The position numbers and the translations under genes were made by a program. 64,000 nt of DNA from a virus: positions 13,116 through 77,115 of IMG/VR virus record IMGVR_UViG_3300001460_000016. One strand, given 5' to 3'. The notes beneath the pieces are model-generated. The model had not been told where the DNA came from and made no database searches. It saw nothing but the letters and a program-made list of their open reading frames with translations. How positions within the stretch are numbered: the stretch's first letter is position 1; every line of letters begins with the position of its first letter. Shown here in pieces: positions 1 to 9,100 of the stretch.

Positions 1-706
1 TTATATTATCCTTAAAAAAATTATAATCGACAGGATTCAAAAAAGATTTCCAGTTTTTCTTTAAATCTGCGAAGGTCAAATTATCAATATCTAATCCCGA
101 CTCTGGTGCTTCGTTTTGTTCAAATTCATCTCTCTTCTTGTCTAGAATCACACTACAACAAGAAGTTACCACCGAGAACGATGTTAGTTCTGGGTAATTG
201 CTTCGTGTATAAGTTAATGCTTTCCACGCATCTCCATTCTGTCCCACAATAGGCGTGTGGTTGGTCTGTTCCCTGAAGGAATAATTATTCTTGTTGATGC
301 TACTATAGAAATTTTCAAAATCGGCGGGAAGAACACACTGAACAATTTCATTTCTCGGTGCAGTATCGTGCAACACAATACTACCTCCTGGCTTTAGTAT
401 TTTTAATGACTCCTTTATTTCCGCAACAACAATGTCTGAAATATGGCAACCATCAATAAAAATAACATCATACTTGTTTTTATATTCTCTTTTGTTTAGT
501 GCAAAAAACACCATCGAAGGCATCCTGTGCGTAATACTAGGACACCCTCCATATGGGTCAACTCCGTGTTTTTTGTTTTTGGCATTTACCTTTTGAAAGG
601 TTGAACCTTCATCAACACCAATTTCTAAATAATCAATCGGATTCAATTTAGAAATAATATCAATTGGGTCTTCTGAATATAGATTTGTTAGTTTACCATC
701 ATACAT
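1..706 (-). CDS. Class I SAM-dependent methyltransferase (Methyltransf_24-like), runs off the window edge
   Basis: Not in the ORF track; translated by hand from ATG at 706: MYDGKLTNLYSEDPIDIISKLNPIDYLEIGVDEGST...YDVIFIDGCH...LKPGGSIVLHD. Has the YLEIGV motif I and the DVIFIDG.H and LKPGG..VLHD motifs. Confidence 0.8.
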   Translation of the reverse strand, partial: MYDGKLTNLYSEDPIDIISKLNPIDYLEIGVDEGSTFQKVNAKNKKHGVDPYGGCPSITHRMPSMVFFALNKREYKNKYDVIFIDGCHISDIVVAEIKESLKILKPGGSIVLHDTAPRNEIVQCVLPADFENFYSSINKNNYSFREQTNHTPIVGQNGDAWKALTYTRSNYPELTSFSVVTSCCSVILDKKRDEFEQNEAPESGLDIDNLTFADLKKNWKSFLNPVDYNFFKDNI

Positions 707-1304
707 TTTTATTAAATACCGTAAACTCTCTCAAGTCTCGGTAACCTCCTTCTTCAATAAGATCTGGTACGTTCTCTGGGTAGTTCTGCATCAGTGCAAG
801 ACCATGTGACGCCTGTTGTGGAGTCATATACATGTTCCATCCGAGCATCGTAATATCATCTTCCTTGTATGGTACTGCGTGTCGTCCTTCGTATCGTGCA
901 ACACGAAGCCAGTCAACAATATCTTTGTTGTCTGTCAGTACCATACCACCCTTACCAATCGGAAGATGTTTTTTGATATGAAAAGACAGACACATGTTTG
1001 TGCCTTCGATATACATGTTAGAAGTAAGTCGTTTGGCGGAATCATAAATTGGATATGGTTTGAGTTGGTATATACCTTCCCATTCATCGTTAGTAAACTT
1101 CACTGTACCACCCGAATGAATGATGGACTGGGGTACTGAGAGATAAGTCTTTGCAGGTATCTCAACCTCCCCAACACCAAAATACTTACAACAAAGAAAC
1201 AGAGCATCGGTGCAGGACGTAACCGCAACGGCATACGGCGCACCTGTATAATCAGCGACTGTCTCTTCAAACATATCTACAATTTTAAAAGGGTTATGTT
1301 TCAC
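699..1304 (-). CDS. DegT/DnrJ/EryC1/StrS family PLP-dependent sugar aminotransferase, short form (201 aa)
   Basis: Motifs FEETVADYTGAPYAVAVTSCTDAL, DSA, SFHIKKHLPIGKGGMVLTD, GWNMYMT. Confidence 0.85.
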   Translation of the reverse strand: MKHNPFKIVDMFEETVADYTGAPYAVAVTSCTDALFLCCKYFGVGEVEIPAKTYLSVPQSIIHSGGTVKFTNDEWEGIYQLKPYPIYDSAKRLTSNMYIEGTNMCLSFHIKKHLPIGKGGMVLTDNKDIVDWLRVARYEGRHAVPYKEDDITMLGWNMYMTPQQASHGLALMQNYPENVPDLIEEGGYRDLREFTVFNKNV

Positions 1305-2134
1305 AGAAATTTCTTTCTCAATAAAGTAAAATCAACATCATCACTAACAACATCAAGGAGTCCAGACCCACACACAACCGTTGGGATTCCTTTTTCAATT
1401 TTCCAGAACTTACCAGCGTTTTTGTGTGGGTCTAATATATTTAGGGGAGCAGATACACTCGATTCTTTTATGTGAATCAATTTACCATCATACCATGTTG
1501 TTGCACCATCATAAGGATATCCATTAGCACATATTTTTCTATGAATATTTTCTGCTGAGTCTGTCCAGTCTATTCTCAAATCTTCTTCATTTTTCCAAAC
1601 AGAAAAAGAACTCTTACTAAAATCTACATCAATTGGTTGCTCTCCATTGACTAAGATTTCCTCAATCAAAGACACATACATCTCGGCAATAAAATCAAAT
1701 GCTTTTTTTATCTTTATGGGGTGAGTGATAGCCTTTTTACATCTACCAAAAACAGTTCCATAGTCGGGTCCGTGACCTTCGATGGGTCTAAATGCACTAA
1801 CACCTATGTAATCTGCACCGTCTATTAATGCAGATACGGTTGGACAAAACCCTCTTCTCTCTGGAAGATATGAGTCATGTAAAACAATATATTTTTCTAA
1901 GTCTCCCCTGATAAGATACTGCCAACCCACCATGAATACTTTGTCTACGGTTTTTTCTACATCATCTTTCCTATTGTAGAACTTTATACCATCTGAATTA
2001 CAGAACTTTTGAATTTCTTCGTATATATTTTTTTCTTTATTATCATACGAAACAACAAACTCAGGAGTAACACTTAGACTCTCCAGAAGTTTTAGTCCTT
2101 TATATCCAACCAACATCAATCCAAATTTCACCAT
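1301..2134 (-). CDS. Formyltransferase (Fmt / nucleotide-sugar N-formyltransferase fold)
   Basis: HDSYLPERRGFCP matches the HxSxLPxxRG motif; C-terminal IDW..SAENIHRKICA...PYDGA and VVCGSGLL. Confidence 0.8.
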   Translation of the reverse strand: MVKFGLMLVGYKGLKLLESLSVTPEFVVSYDNKEKNIYEEIQKFCNSDGIKFYNRKDDVEKTVDKVFMVGWQYLIRGDLEKYIVLHDSYLPERRGFCPTVSALIDGADYIGVSAFRPIEGHGPDYGTVFGRCKKAITHPIKIKKAFDFIAEMYVSLIEEILVNGEQPIDVDFSKSSFSVWKNEEDLRIDWTDSAENIHRKICANGYPYDGATTWYDGKLIHIKESSVSAPLNILDPHKNAGKFWKIEKGIPTVVCGSGLLDVVSDDVDFTLLRKKFL

Positions 2135-2904
2135 GACTCATTTCTCACAAGATAACTGGACATGTCCCACATGCCCCTTTGTTTAACTCCAGCCCAAGCA
2201 GACAAATATCCCCTGTCAATTCCCAATTCAAGATCGGGATTTAGAGCAGAACCCAAGTCAAGATATGTGTTGTTTGGTGCAATTGCATGCAGTTTATGAA
2301 TGCAAATATTTCCAAGACTACTTGCACAAAACAAAAACAATTTACCTTCTGGTTTAGTCTCTCGGGTATATTCAACTATCTCTTCTATCTTATCATCATT
2401 GTTTATGATACAGTTTGATCCGACTCTAAAATCTTTTATGACATTCTTGAATTTATCTAACTTCGAATTTTCGTTACACATAATAACAATTTCATACTCA
2501 TCAAATGTGGGTAAAACCTTTTCACGAAAATCATAATAGTTAGAGTTAATAAACAAATTGGCAAAAGTTATATTCTCAATATCAGAACCACTGTTATCAA
2601 TCATCCAATCCCTTGGACTGTATCCGACTATTCCCGCATCAGAATTTGTGGTTATACCTATGTGATAAGCTTCGGACTTGTACCGAAAGGCATCCCACAA
2701 CTTATCATGATGAAACTTATGAGTTTCCGAATTAAATTCTTTTTGATCTTCTGGGTTTAGATACCCATGAGAAGTAGGACTTAGAGAATAAGATTTATTC
2801 TCAAGAATCCAAAGTTCACCATCTGCCCATCTACTAAATGCGAAAGGTTCATGTAGTTGTAACTTTGCTAGATACTTATAAAATTCTTGTTTAAAATCTT
2901 TCAT
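2128..2904 (-). CDS. Putative GT-D-fold (DUF1792-like) glycosyltransferase
   Basis: N-terminal FAFSRWADGE resembles the GT-D SxxRFGDGE motif; C-terminal LFCASSLG...YLDLGS; lies within a glyco cluster. Confidence 0.55.
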   Translation of the reverse strand: MKDFKQEFYKYLAKLQLHEPFAFSRWADGELWILENKSYSLSPTSHGYLNPEDQKEFNSETHKFHHDKLWDAFRYKSEAYHIGITTNSDAGIVGYSPRDWMIDNSGSDIENITFANLFINSNYYDFREKVLPTFDEYEIVIMCNENSKLDKFKNVIKDFRVGSNCIINNDDKIEEIVEYTRETKPEGKLFLFCASSLGNICIHKLHAIAPNNTYLDLGSALNPDLELGIDRGYLSAWAGVKQRGMWDMSSYLVRNESW

Positions 2905-3659
2905 TCTGCTTCCAACATTTTGAAACCATCATCAACAGCCCTAGCAAGACAAATGCCCATCAACTGACCAGCTCTATATGGTTTACCATTTGGCCCTTGG
3001 AAGGTAGTCATTGAGATCCCTTCTTCACTGTGACCATATTCAGAACCTTTCGTACTACCCCACATAGAAAGATCATCCTTTGGGTGAGGAGGAACATAGG
3101 TTGCAAAGTCCGTATACTTCTGAATCATATGAGAGAAATGAATGTCTTCACCTACAATTGGCGGAATATCAACATGAGGCAGTTCTCTCCACAGAACACT
3201 TAGAAGTTCTCTTGGGAAGAACCAAGAGTGACCAACAATATCTACCTTTGCAGTTTCTTCGTTTGGATCACACCATCCAACCCTTCTGAGTTTTTGCCAT
3301 GAGTAGTGTTTGTCACCAAACAAAACACCGACAGTTCCGAGAAGACCGGGAGTCTTTTCCATAGTGTCCAGACAATTTTGTATCCAGTTTTCACCGGGAA
3401 TAGTATCGTCATCTAGGACGCAAATATAATCAGCCTTTGAGTTAAGAGCGTAAGCAAATCTAGACCAGACTCCAAGATTGTAATTACAATCTGCAAAGAT
3501 CAGTTGTTTCTTTATTTCATCTGGAACTTCTTGTTCACTATTGTTTCGCCAAGCATAGATCCCAGACACATCAACACTCTGGTTGTTTACGGCTTCTATC
3601 TGTTCTGGTAGCCAACGTGTTCTTCTATAACAATTTAAAAATACATCAATCGTCACCAT
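2901..3659 (-). CDS. Glycosyltransferase family 2 (GT-A fold)
   Basis: N-terminal LNCYRR, ADYICVLDDD (DxD), GEDIHFS. Confidence 0.75.
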   Translation of the reverse strand: MVTIDVFLNCYRRTRWLPEQIEAVNNQSVDVSGIYAWRNNSEQEVPDEIKKQLIFADCNYNLGVWSRFAYALNSKADYICVLDDDTIPGENWIQNCLDTMEKTPGLLGTVGVLFGDKHYSWQKLRRVGWCDPNEETAKVDIVGHSWFFPRELLSVLWRELPHVDIPPIVGEDIHFSHMIQKYTDFATYVPPHPKDDLSMWGSTKGSEYGHSEEGISMTTFQGPNGKPYRAGQLMGICLARAVDDGFKMLEAE

Positions 3660-4296
3660 ATGTCATTCCCATCTTACCTTGCATAGTCTCGGTACTACCC
3701 CAATACTGTTCGGAATAGATCTTATCATTACCCTTATATTCTACACCAGTATAATGTTTTGGCAAGAAGTAATGTGAGGGATAAATTTTTATCTTATCAT
3801 AACCAGTTTTCTTAGTCATTTCTGTAAGAAATACAGGTCCAACAGTTTTCCATGCGGTAAGATTTGGTAACTTGGAAAGTTCTTCCGGATTCATCTCACG
3901 GATTCTCCAAACCATGTCATCCAACAACTTGTTGTTCTTCGAACATGCAAGGTATCCATTGCACATCAACCCCTCGCGGACTTCTTCGTTTTCCCAACAA
4001 CAGAATGCTTCATTCTCTACGAAGAAATCATCGAGTGGATTTACACAGATAGAATCAGCATCAATGAAAAACCCACCGTAGTTATAAAGCAGTTCATACC
4101 GAAGTATGTCTGCCTTACCGGCGAGTTCATTCATAGCATCAAACTGTGCTTGGTTTCTTAGTTTCGGCATGTTCTCTTCAGACCAAAACCGATAGTCCCA
4201 AGTTGGGTTCTTTTCTTTCCAAGTCTCCATCATTTCGACGGGACGTTTAGACTGATCACCCACCCATATCTGGTGGATAATTTTTGGAATACTCAT
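3646..4296 (-). CDS. Glycosyltransferase family 32 (Och1/Gly_transf_sug-like)
   Basis: IPKIIHQIW, KADILRYELLYNYGGFFIDAD, TVGPVFLT. Confidence 0.9.
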   Translation of the reverse strand: MSIPKIIHQIWVGDQSKRPVEMMETWKEKNPTWDYRFWSEENMPKLRNQAQFDAMNELAGKADILRYELLYNYGGFFIDADSICVNPLDDFFVENEAFCCWENEEVREGLMCNGYLACSKNNKLLDDMVWRIREMNPEELSKLPNLTAWKTVGPVFLTEMTKKTGYDKIKIYPSHYFLPKHYTGVEYKGNDKIYSEQYWGSTETMQGKMGMTYGDD

Positions 4297-4320
4297 AATA
4301 TAAATCTTTCACTAGTTGTA

Positions 4321-4728
4321 TTATTTACGTTTACCGATATGGTATTTAGGTATTAATTCCCACTCACTTTTCTCACGATGAGGAATTATCTTAATATGAT
4401 TGATTGGAACTTTGTCTTCAGCTTTGGAAGGATCTACTATTTTTAATAGATCCCATTCTGCAAGAAGACTTGCAATCATATTTCTTCTTGAAACATCACT
4501 TTCGGAAAGATTACTTGGTAGACCGTCTAGAGCAAACAACTCTTTAAAGTGTACGATATAATACTTTCCCTTCTTGTGTAAAATATGACAAGACTGCCAT
4601 AGTTTATTTTCTGTCCTAGAAGATACGCCTATTCTTGTTAAGGTTTCTCTCACTTTGAGAAAGTCATCCTTTTCACTGAGCGTAACTTCTAACAAATCTT
4701 CTACGCCTATATCAATATATTCTTCCAT
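4321..4728 (-). CDS. regA: Translational repressor RegA
   Basis: DDFLKVRETLTRIGVSSR...LWQSCHILHKKGKYYIVHFKELFALDG. Confidence 0.97.
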   Translation of the reverse strand: MEEYIDIGVEDLLEVTLSEKDDFLKVRETLTRIGVSSRTENKLWQSCHILHKKGKYYIVHFKELFALDGLPSNLSESDVSRRNMIASLLAEWDLLKIVDPSKAEDKVPINHIKIIPHREKSEWELIPKYHIGKRK

Positions 4729-4763
4729 GTCATAACACCTTTTTTATTAAACAAAAGACGTTA

Positions 4764-4771
4764 TATTTAGG
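4764..4771 (-). promoter_or_regulatory. T4-type late promoter (CCTAAATA) upstream of regA and the glyco cluster
   Basis: Intergenic xxTAAATA, the same motif found before the structural genes. Confidence 0.65.
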
Positions 4772-4784
4772 ATTTTACTCGTTT

Positions 4785-5162
4785 TCAACCCCCGTATTGA
4801 TACAAGGAACGGATGTCTTCAATCTGATTTGGGGTAAGAACCCTAAGCACCTCGGTGGCTCTCTGATTAGAGTAGTTATAATGGTCCTTAATCAACTGCA
4901 AATCGTCTTCTTCTTGTGACTTAATCCACTTACTGAATCGTTTTCTTGGACGAAGAGACAGTCGGAGATAGTCGAACTGCATCTTCTTGTCTAATTGATT
5001 GTATCGGTTCACCTGATTCGCATATAAAATTGTATCGGGAAAGTAAGAAAGTGATCTGTTGATCACGAATGGGACATACGATTTTTCCTGAAGATCATCT
5101 TCTAGAAGAGGCGTTTTGTCGTGGTTGATTGCATTTAGGACTTCGGATAGGTTCATTTTCAT
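4785..5162 (-). CDS. 62: Clamp loader small subunit gp62
   Basis: YVPFVINRSLSYFPDTILYAN...RPRKRFSKW...YNYS; directly upstream of regA. Confidence 0.93.
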   Translation of the reverse strand: MKMNLSEVLNAINHDKTPLLEDDLQEKSYVPFVINRSLSYFPDTILYANQVNRYNQLDKKMQFDYLRLSLRPRKRFSKWIKSQEEDDLQLIKDHYNYSNQRATEVLRVLTPNQIEDIRSLYQYGG

Positions 5163-6268
5163 CGGATAATATCAATCGAATCTAGGTTGTCGGACTTCCA
5201 GACTTCCATCTCATGTCGTATTCTACCATCTGCATTTAGATTGTCAAATCTTTTCTGGGCCTTCTTCTTCCACCAATTGATTGCATTTTCTAGTTCATAG
5301 TTGTCGTAGTTTGGTTTCTTAATCAGTGCGTCAGTTTTACCATTTACATAATCAACTACATTCTCAAAACCATAGTTTGAAAAGTATTGCAGTTTCTGTG
5401 TATTGAGGTCAATTGCCTTCTTGATGAAGTCGTTGAAGTCCGCCAGATCCGTCGTACGTCCCTGTGAACGAAGACTGGCCTTAATGATTGCAATCATCTT
5501 GGTCTGTGTCTTTAGTTTACGACTGGACGCATCTTTTTTGATCAGGTGTTCTCCGCCATTGCGATTGATGAACCACTCGTTCAATTCAGCATACCATTTG
5601 TCAGCCATAGTAAGAAGAAACTTACTGTCAGTAAGTCCCACATTTCTCAAGTAAGGTTTCATTCCATCATACTGACTACACCCCTTAATATTACCATATA
5701 AAGAAGTAGTTTCAAAGGCACAAATTTCTACTCCATACTTCTTGTTTAGATACCGTCGTGTAAAATGCGAACAACAAATCATAGTAAGCAGTTTACCTCC
5801 GAGGTAATTAAAACCAAAGGGTTGGACAGGAACAATATGAAACCCCATGATGAAATTACGATTCAACGCAGTAAGATCAGGTAAGTTACCTAACATTTTA
5901 TTACGAGGCGCACTATTAATCGTGGGAGAACCGAGACGGACAAACCCGGCAATCGTGTTGGTGTTTGTCTCCTTGATCAAAAACCGAACATTCTTGCCGG
6001 GGTTGTCGTCTGCGGGAAACGATGAAACCTGACAGAAAAGATTATCGTAAACTTCTTTAGAAGTTTCTGTTACGGCAAAATTCATATCCATGGGGTTCAT
6101 CGTAAAGTCGTTAAAGAACTCATTCTCAACGGGAAAGAGAGAAGGAGTGACCCCCTCCAGTCTCTCCTTCTTTCGATCCCGAAAGTAACCGTCAATGCGA
6201 TCAAAGTTTTCGTAATAATCACGAACCCTTGACATAGCATAATTAGTGTCACTTTGATTGAGAATCAA
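5159..6268 (-). CDS. DUF4338 / Druantia DruA-like protein
   Basis: PGKNVRFLIKE...GFVRLGSP...IVPVQPFGFNYLGGKLL...FETTSLYG...SQY. Start placed at TTG 6268, just after the upstream stop; the track gives 6310. Confidence 0.6.
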   Translation of the reverse strand: MILNQSDTNYAMSRVRDYYENFDRIDGYFRDRKKERLEGVTPSLFPVENEFFNDFTMNPMDMNFAVTETSKEVYDNLFCQVSSFPADDNPGKNVRFLIKETNTNTIAGFVRLGSPTINSAPRNKMLGNLPDLTALNRNFIMGFHIVPVQPFGFNYLGGKLLTMICCSHFTRRYLNKKYGVEICAFETTSLYGNIKGCSQYDGMKPYLRNVGLTDSKFLLTMADKWYAELNEWFINRNGGEHLIKKDASSRKLKTQTKMIAIIKASLRSQGRTTDLADFNDFIKKAIDLNTQKLQYFSNYGFENVVDYVNGKTDALIKKPNYDNYELENAINWWKKKAQKRFDNLNADGRIRHEMEVWKSDNLDSIDIIR

Positions 6269-6269
6269 T

Positions 6270-6563
6270 TCAGCCAATCTTGGTTTCTCCATCCAAGACT
6301 GCAACGACACTTGATTGACTCATCATAACAAAATCTCCAAAGAACTGAAAATCTTTTCGATTCTCATAAGCGACTCTTTGTCCTTCACAAAAATCTGGAA
6401 TCAGTTCTTTTCCATTCTCCATTATAACAGGTTTTCCTATACTGGCAACAAGTCCTGTACCATATAGACCATTATTTTTCTCTTCATAGATAATCGGACC
6501 TTCAGCTTGTCGGGTTCCTTCTACCTTGATGGCAACTTTGCCTCTTGTTGGATAAAATTTCAT
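6270..6563 (-). CDS. GroES/Cpn10-like co-chaperonin
   Basis: 97 aa; P..GKVAIK, G.II mobile-loop position, G.VASIG, GQRV.Y, SVVAVL. Confidence 0.7.
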   Translation of the reverse strand: MKFYPTRGKVAIKVEGTRQAEGPIIYEEKNNGLYGTGLVASIGKPVIMENGKELIPDFCEGQRVAYENRKDFQFFGDFVMMSQSSVVAVLDGETKIG

Positions 6564-6781
6564 TGGAAAAATACCTCAATGCAAATAACATTTTTGTCGT
6601 TAATCATTATCATACTTCCGTCTTCTCTTTCTATCTTTGTAAACTGACCTTGTTTAATATTTTCGGTTAATATATCTGTGAATGTTCTCTTTTCTCCACC
6701 AGAAAAATGAATAATCTGTGTGCAAAGTTTAGAGTTATAAGAGAGTGTTGACTTCGTATTAGTTTTCATACCATTGATCAT
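6560..6781 (-). CDS. Hypothetical protein
   Basis: ORF coupled by ATGA overlaps to gp44 and to the GroES-like gene. Confidence 0.6.
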   Translation of the reverse strand: MINGMKTNTKSTLSYNSKLCTQIIHFSGGEKRTFTDILTENIKQGQFTKIEREDGSMIMINDKNVICIEVFFQ

Positions 6782-7722
6782 TTGAATTCGCACTCCATCA
6801 TAATTTCAATAAGACATGCTGTAAGATTGATCTCCGCGTCGGCTACGAATGCAGCCTTGTACTGATACTCGGCGATCACAAGAATTGCCTGCGGAATACT
6901 GTGCGATGTAAGATTATCATAGAGAGAATCATACAACTTACGAAAGATTTGCACTGGGTCATTGTCTAGATTCTCAACGACCCACTTTCTGACATTGGTG
7001 AAGTCCTTACTCTTCATAGACTCCATCAGATTCTTGATATTTACTTCACCGATCTGGGTTAGAATACCCTCGTCGATTTGACCCGAAACAGAATACCGTT
7101 GAAGTTCATTTAGAATTCTACGGAAGTCTGGGAAGTGCTTGATAACCAGTTCACCAAGGGCCTTTTCTTTGAACGGAACTTCTTCGTCCTTTAGGATGTT
7201 ACTACACCTATCGAAGAATTGTTTACCAAGTTTTGGTTTGTCAACTGACTCAATCTTAAATTCGATGTTAGTACATCGTGAGTGAATAGGTTCAATGATT
7301 CTATTCTTGTAGTTACAAGTCAAGACAAACCTACAGTTCTTGGAAAACTCTTCGATGAAACCACGAAGTGCCGGTTGAGTAGACTGGGCATTCGAGTAAT
7401 CAAACTCGTCCAGAATCACCACCTTCTTCTGGTCACTGAATGAAACTGTGCTTGCGAAGTTTCGAATCTTAGTTCGGAGTGTGTCGATGTTTCCATCTTC
7501 CGAACAGTTGATTAGAATATTTTCACAACCAAGTTCATTACACAAGGCACGGGCAACGGTAGTCTTACCGCACCCAGCCTTGCCGGAGAGAAGTAGGTTC
7601 TGCATCTCTCCTGAATTTACAATGTCCTGAAATGTACTCTTGATAGAGACAGGAAGAACACACTCTTCAATTGTTCTGGGACGATACTTCTCGACCCACA
7701 AATGTTCTCGATTCACGTTCAA
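6778..7722 (-). CDS. 44: Clamp loader large subunit gp44 (AAA+)
   Basis: LWVEKYRP, GKAGCGKTT Walker A, ILDEFD Walker B, SRC motif. Confidence 0.97.
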   Translation of the reverse strand: MNVNREHLWVEKYRPRTIEECVLPVSIKSTFQDIVNSGEMQNLLLSGKAGCGKTTVARALCNELGCENILINCSEDGNIDTLRTKIRNFASTVSFSDQKKVVILDEFDYSNAQSTQPALRGFIEEFSKNCRFVLTCNYKNRIIEPIHSRCTNIEFKIESVDKPKLGKQFFDRCSNILKDEEVPFKEKALGELVIKHFPDFRRILNELQRYSVSGQIDEGILTQIGEVNIKNLMESMKSKDFTNVRKWVVENLDNDPVQIFRKLYDSLYDNLTSHSIPQAILVIAEYQYKAAFVADAEINLTACLIEIMMECEFK

Positions 7723-8396
7723 CCCTCATACTTAGAAGTGTTATCTAATGCGATCCAGTATGTTACATCAATATTTTTGTTTGTCAACTGACTTACAAAC
7801 TTATCTGTGATGTCAACATCGTAATCACCGGCGATCATCTTCATGTTCTCGGTTTTGTAGTTGAAGGTGAATCGCCCACCGGGATTATCACCCAGTGTAA
7901 CACTGTAAGTATTACAACTCGAATCCTTAAGATCCAGAGCAACGAGTTCAATCTCAGATTCATCTTCCGAAGATCGAACGGCAAGATCGGGAAGTCCAAG
8001 AACAGAAGCTGCCTTAAGAACCTGAGAAAGATCCTTGTTATAAAGAACAAAGGAAACTACTGGATCTGGCATCTGCACATCCTTGTCCACACTGGAGATC
8101 AGTGATGACTCGGCGTACCGGTACTTAGTCTTTGACTTTCCATTCTCTTCCGAGATAATTACATGATCATCCCGAAACTCAAACACGGGTTTATCGTAAA
8201 GAGAAACCGTTCCAAGGAACTTGTTGAGATCCCAGATCGAAACCTGAGTGTCAAACGTCTCCTCGATACTCGTCTTCGACATGATGTTCTTCATTGGCGA
8301 AAGAGTTTTGATTGTAGAACCAGCTTCGATCTTGATGTTACAATTGATCGTTGAATAGTTCTTCAGTATTTCCAATGTTTCTCTTGATAATTTCAT
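7719..8396 (-). CDS. 45: Sliding clamp gp45
   Basis: MKLSRETLEILKNYSTIN...IWDLNKFL...GDYDV...YWIALD; start reassigned to ATG 8396. Confidence 0.95.
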   Translation of the reverse strand: MKLSRETLEILKNYSTINCNIKIEAGSTIKTLSPMKNIMSKTSIEETFDTQVSIWDLNKFLGTVSLYDKPVFEFRDDHVIISEENGKSKTKYRYAESSLISSVDKDVQMPDPVVSFVLYNKDLSQVLKAASVLGLPDLAVRSSEDESEIELVALDLKDSSCNTYSVTLGDNPGGRFTFNYKTENMKMIAGDYDVDITDKFVSQLTNKNIDVTYWIALDNTSKYEG

Positions 8397-8400
8397 AATA

Positions 8401-9099
8401 TCAACTTTCACTGCTGTCATTAGTGTCTCCATTTGTTTTGACAGGATCATATGCAGGTGGAATTTCGATTCCTCGGGCAGTAAGAACAACTTCTGTTAAA
8501 TGTTTTCTCTTCATACCTTCGGGTAACTTATCGATTTCCTCTTGCGTTTCTTCAGAGAAGGGTTTGTAATCTCCAAACCCGGGCATTCTAACTGGGCAAG
8601 AAACCCACGGATAATCCAATTTGGTGTAAGCACCACTATTGTCTGGATCATTTAAGAACGCTCTTGGTTTATCACCGCATCCACATGCAGTGCAGAAGTA
8701 CGCACCTTCTCTGTTATTACTTGCACTTCTATATGGACATGCTACCATTTCATCATCACCATGGCAAGAGAGAACTCGTAACTTAATTAACTTCTCATCA
8801 GCCTTACCTTGAGTAACTCTAGAAGCAACAGACTTGCCGAAGTTCTTCACCTTATTAATCATAGATGGAGATTCGGGTGTTGCAATTTCTTTTGGTGTTG
8901 ATTCTCTTTCAGTATCCAAAGTAGTTTGAGTATTTGCACGATTTCGCCTATCCACAGATAACTGCGGAATAGACGGAAAAGTAGGTTGATTTAAACTGGG
9001 ATCAGGTTCTATTTTTTTTTCCTGAACTTTTTTCAAATTAGCAGAAGCTCTGGCCGAATCTGGACTAGAACTTTTATTTTTACCGCATCCACATCCCAT
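8401..9099 (-). CDS. Cys-containing hypothetical protein (MGCGCG start, CxxCGC domain; probably binds metal)
   Basis: GAGGAG RBS before ATG 9099; RVLSC..CP..CTACGC..SCP. Confidence 0.7.
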   Translation of the reverse strand: MGCGCGKNKSSSPDSARASANLKKVQEKKIEPDPSLNQPTFPSIPQLSVDRRNRANTQTTLDTERESTPKEIATPESPSMINKVKNFGKSVASRVTQGKADEKLIKLRVLSCHGDDEMVACPYRSASNNREGAYFCTACGCGDKPRAFLNDPDNSGAYTKLDYPWVSCPVRMPGFGDYKPFSEETQEEIDKLPEGMKRKHLTEVVLTARGIEIPPAYDPVKTNGDTNDSSES

Positions 9100-9100
9100 A

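Noticed and set aside
7719-8489. Long N-terminal extensions given by the track for gp45 (also gp46, uvsY, gp4, gp26 and the 8401 ORF)
   Set aside because: The extensions overlap neighbouring genes or promoters; downstream ATGs match the family N-termini
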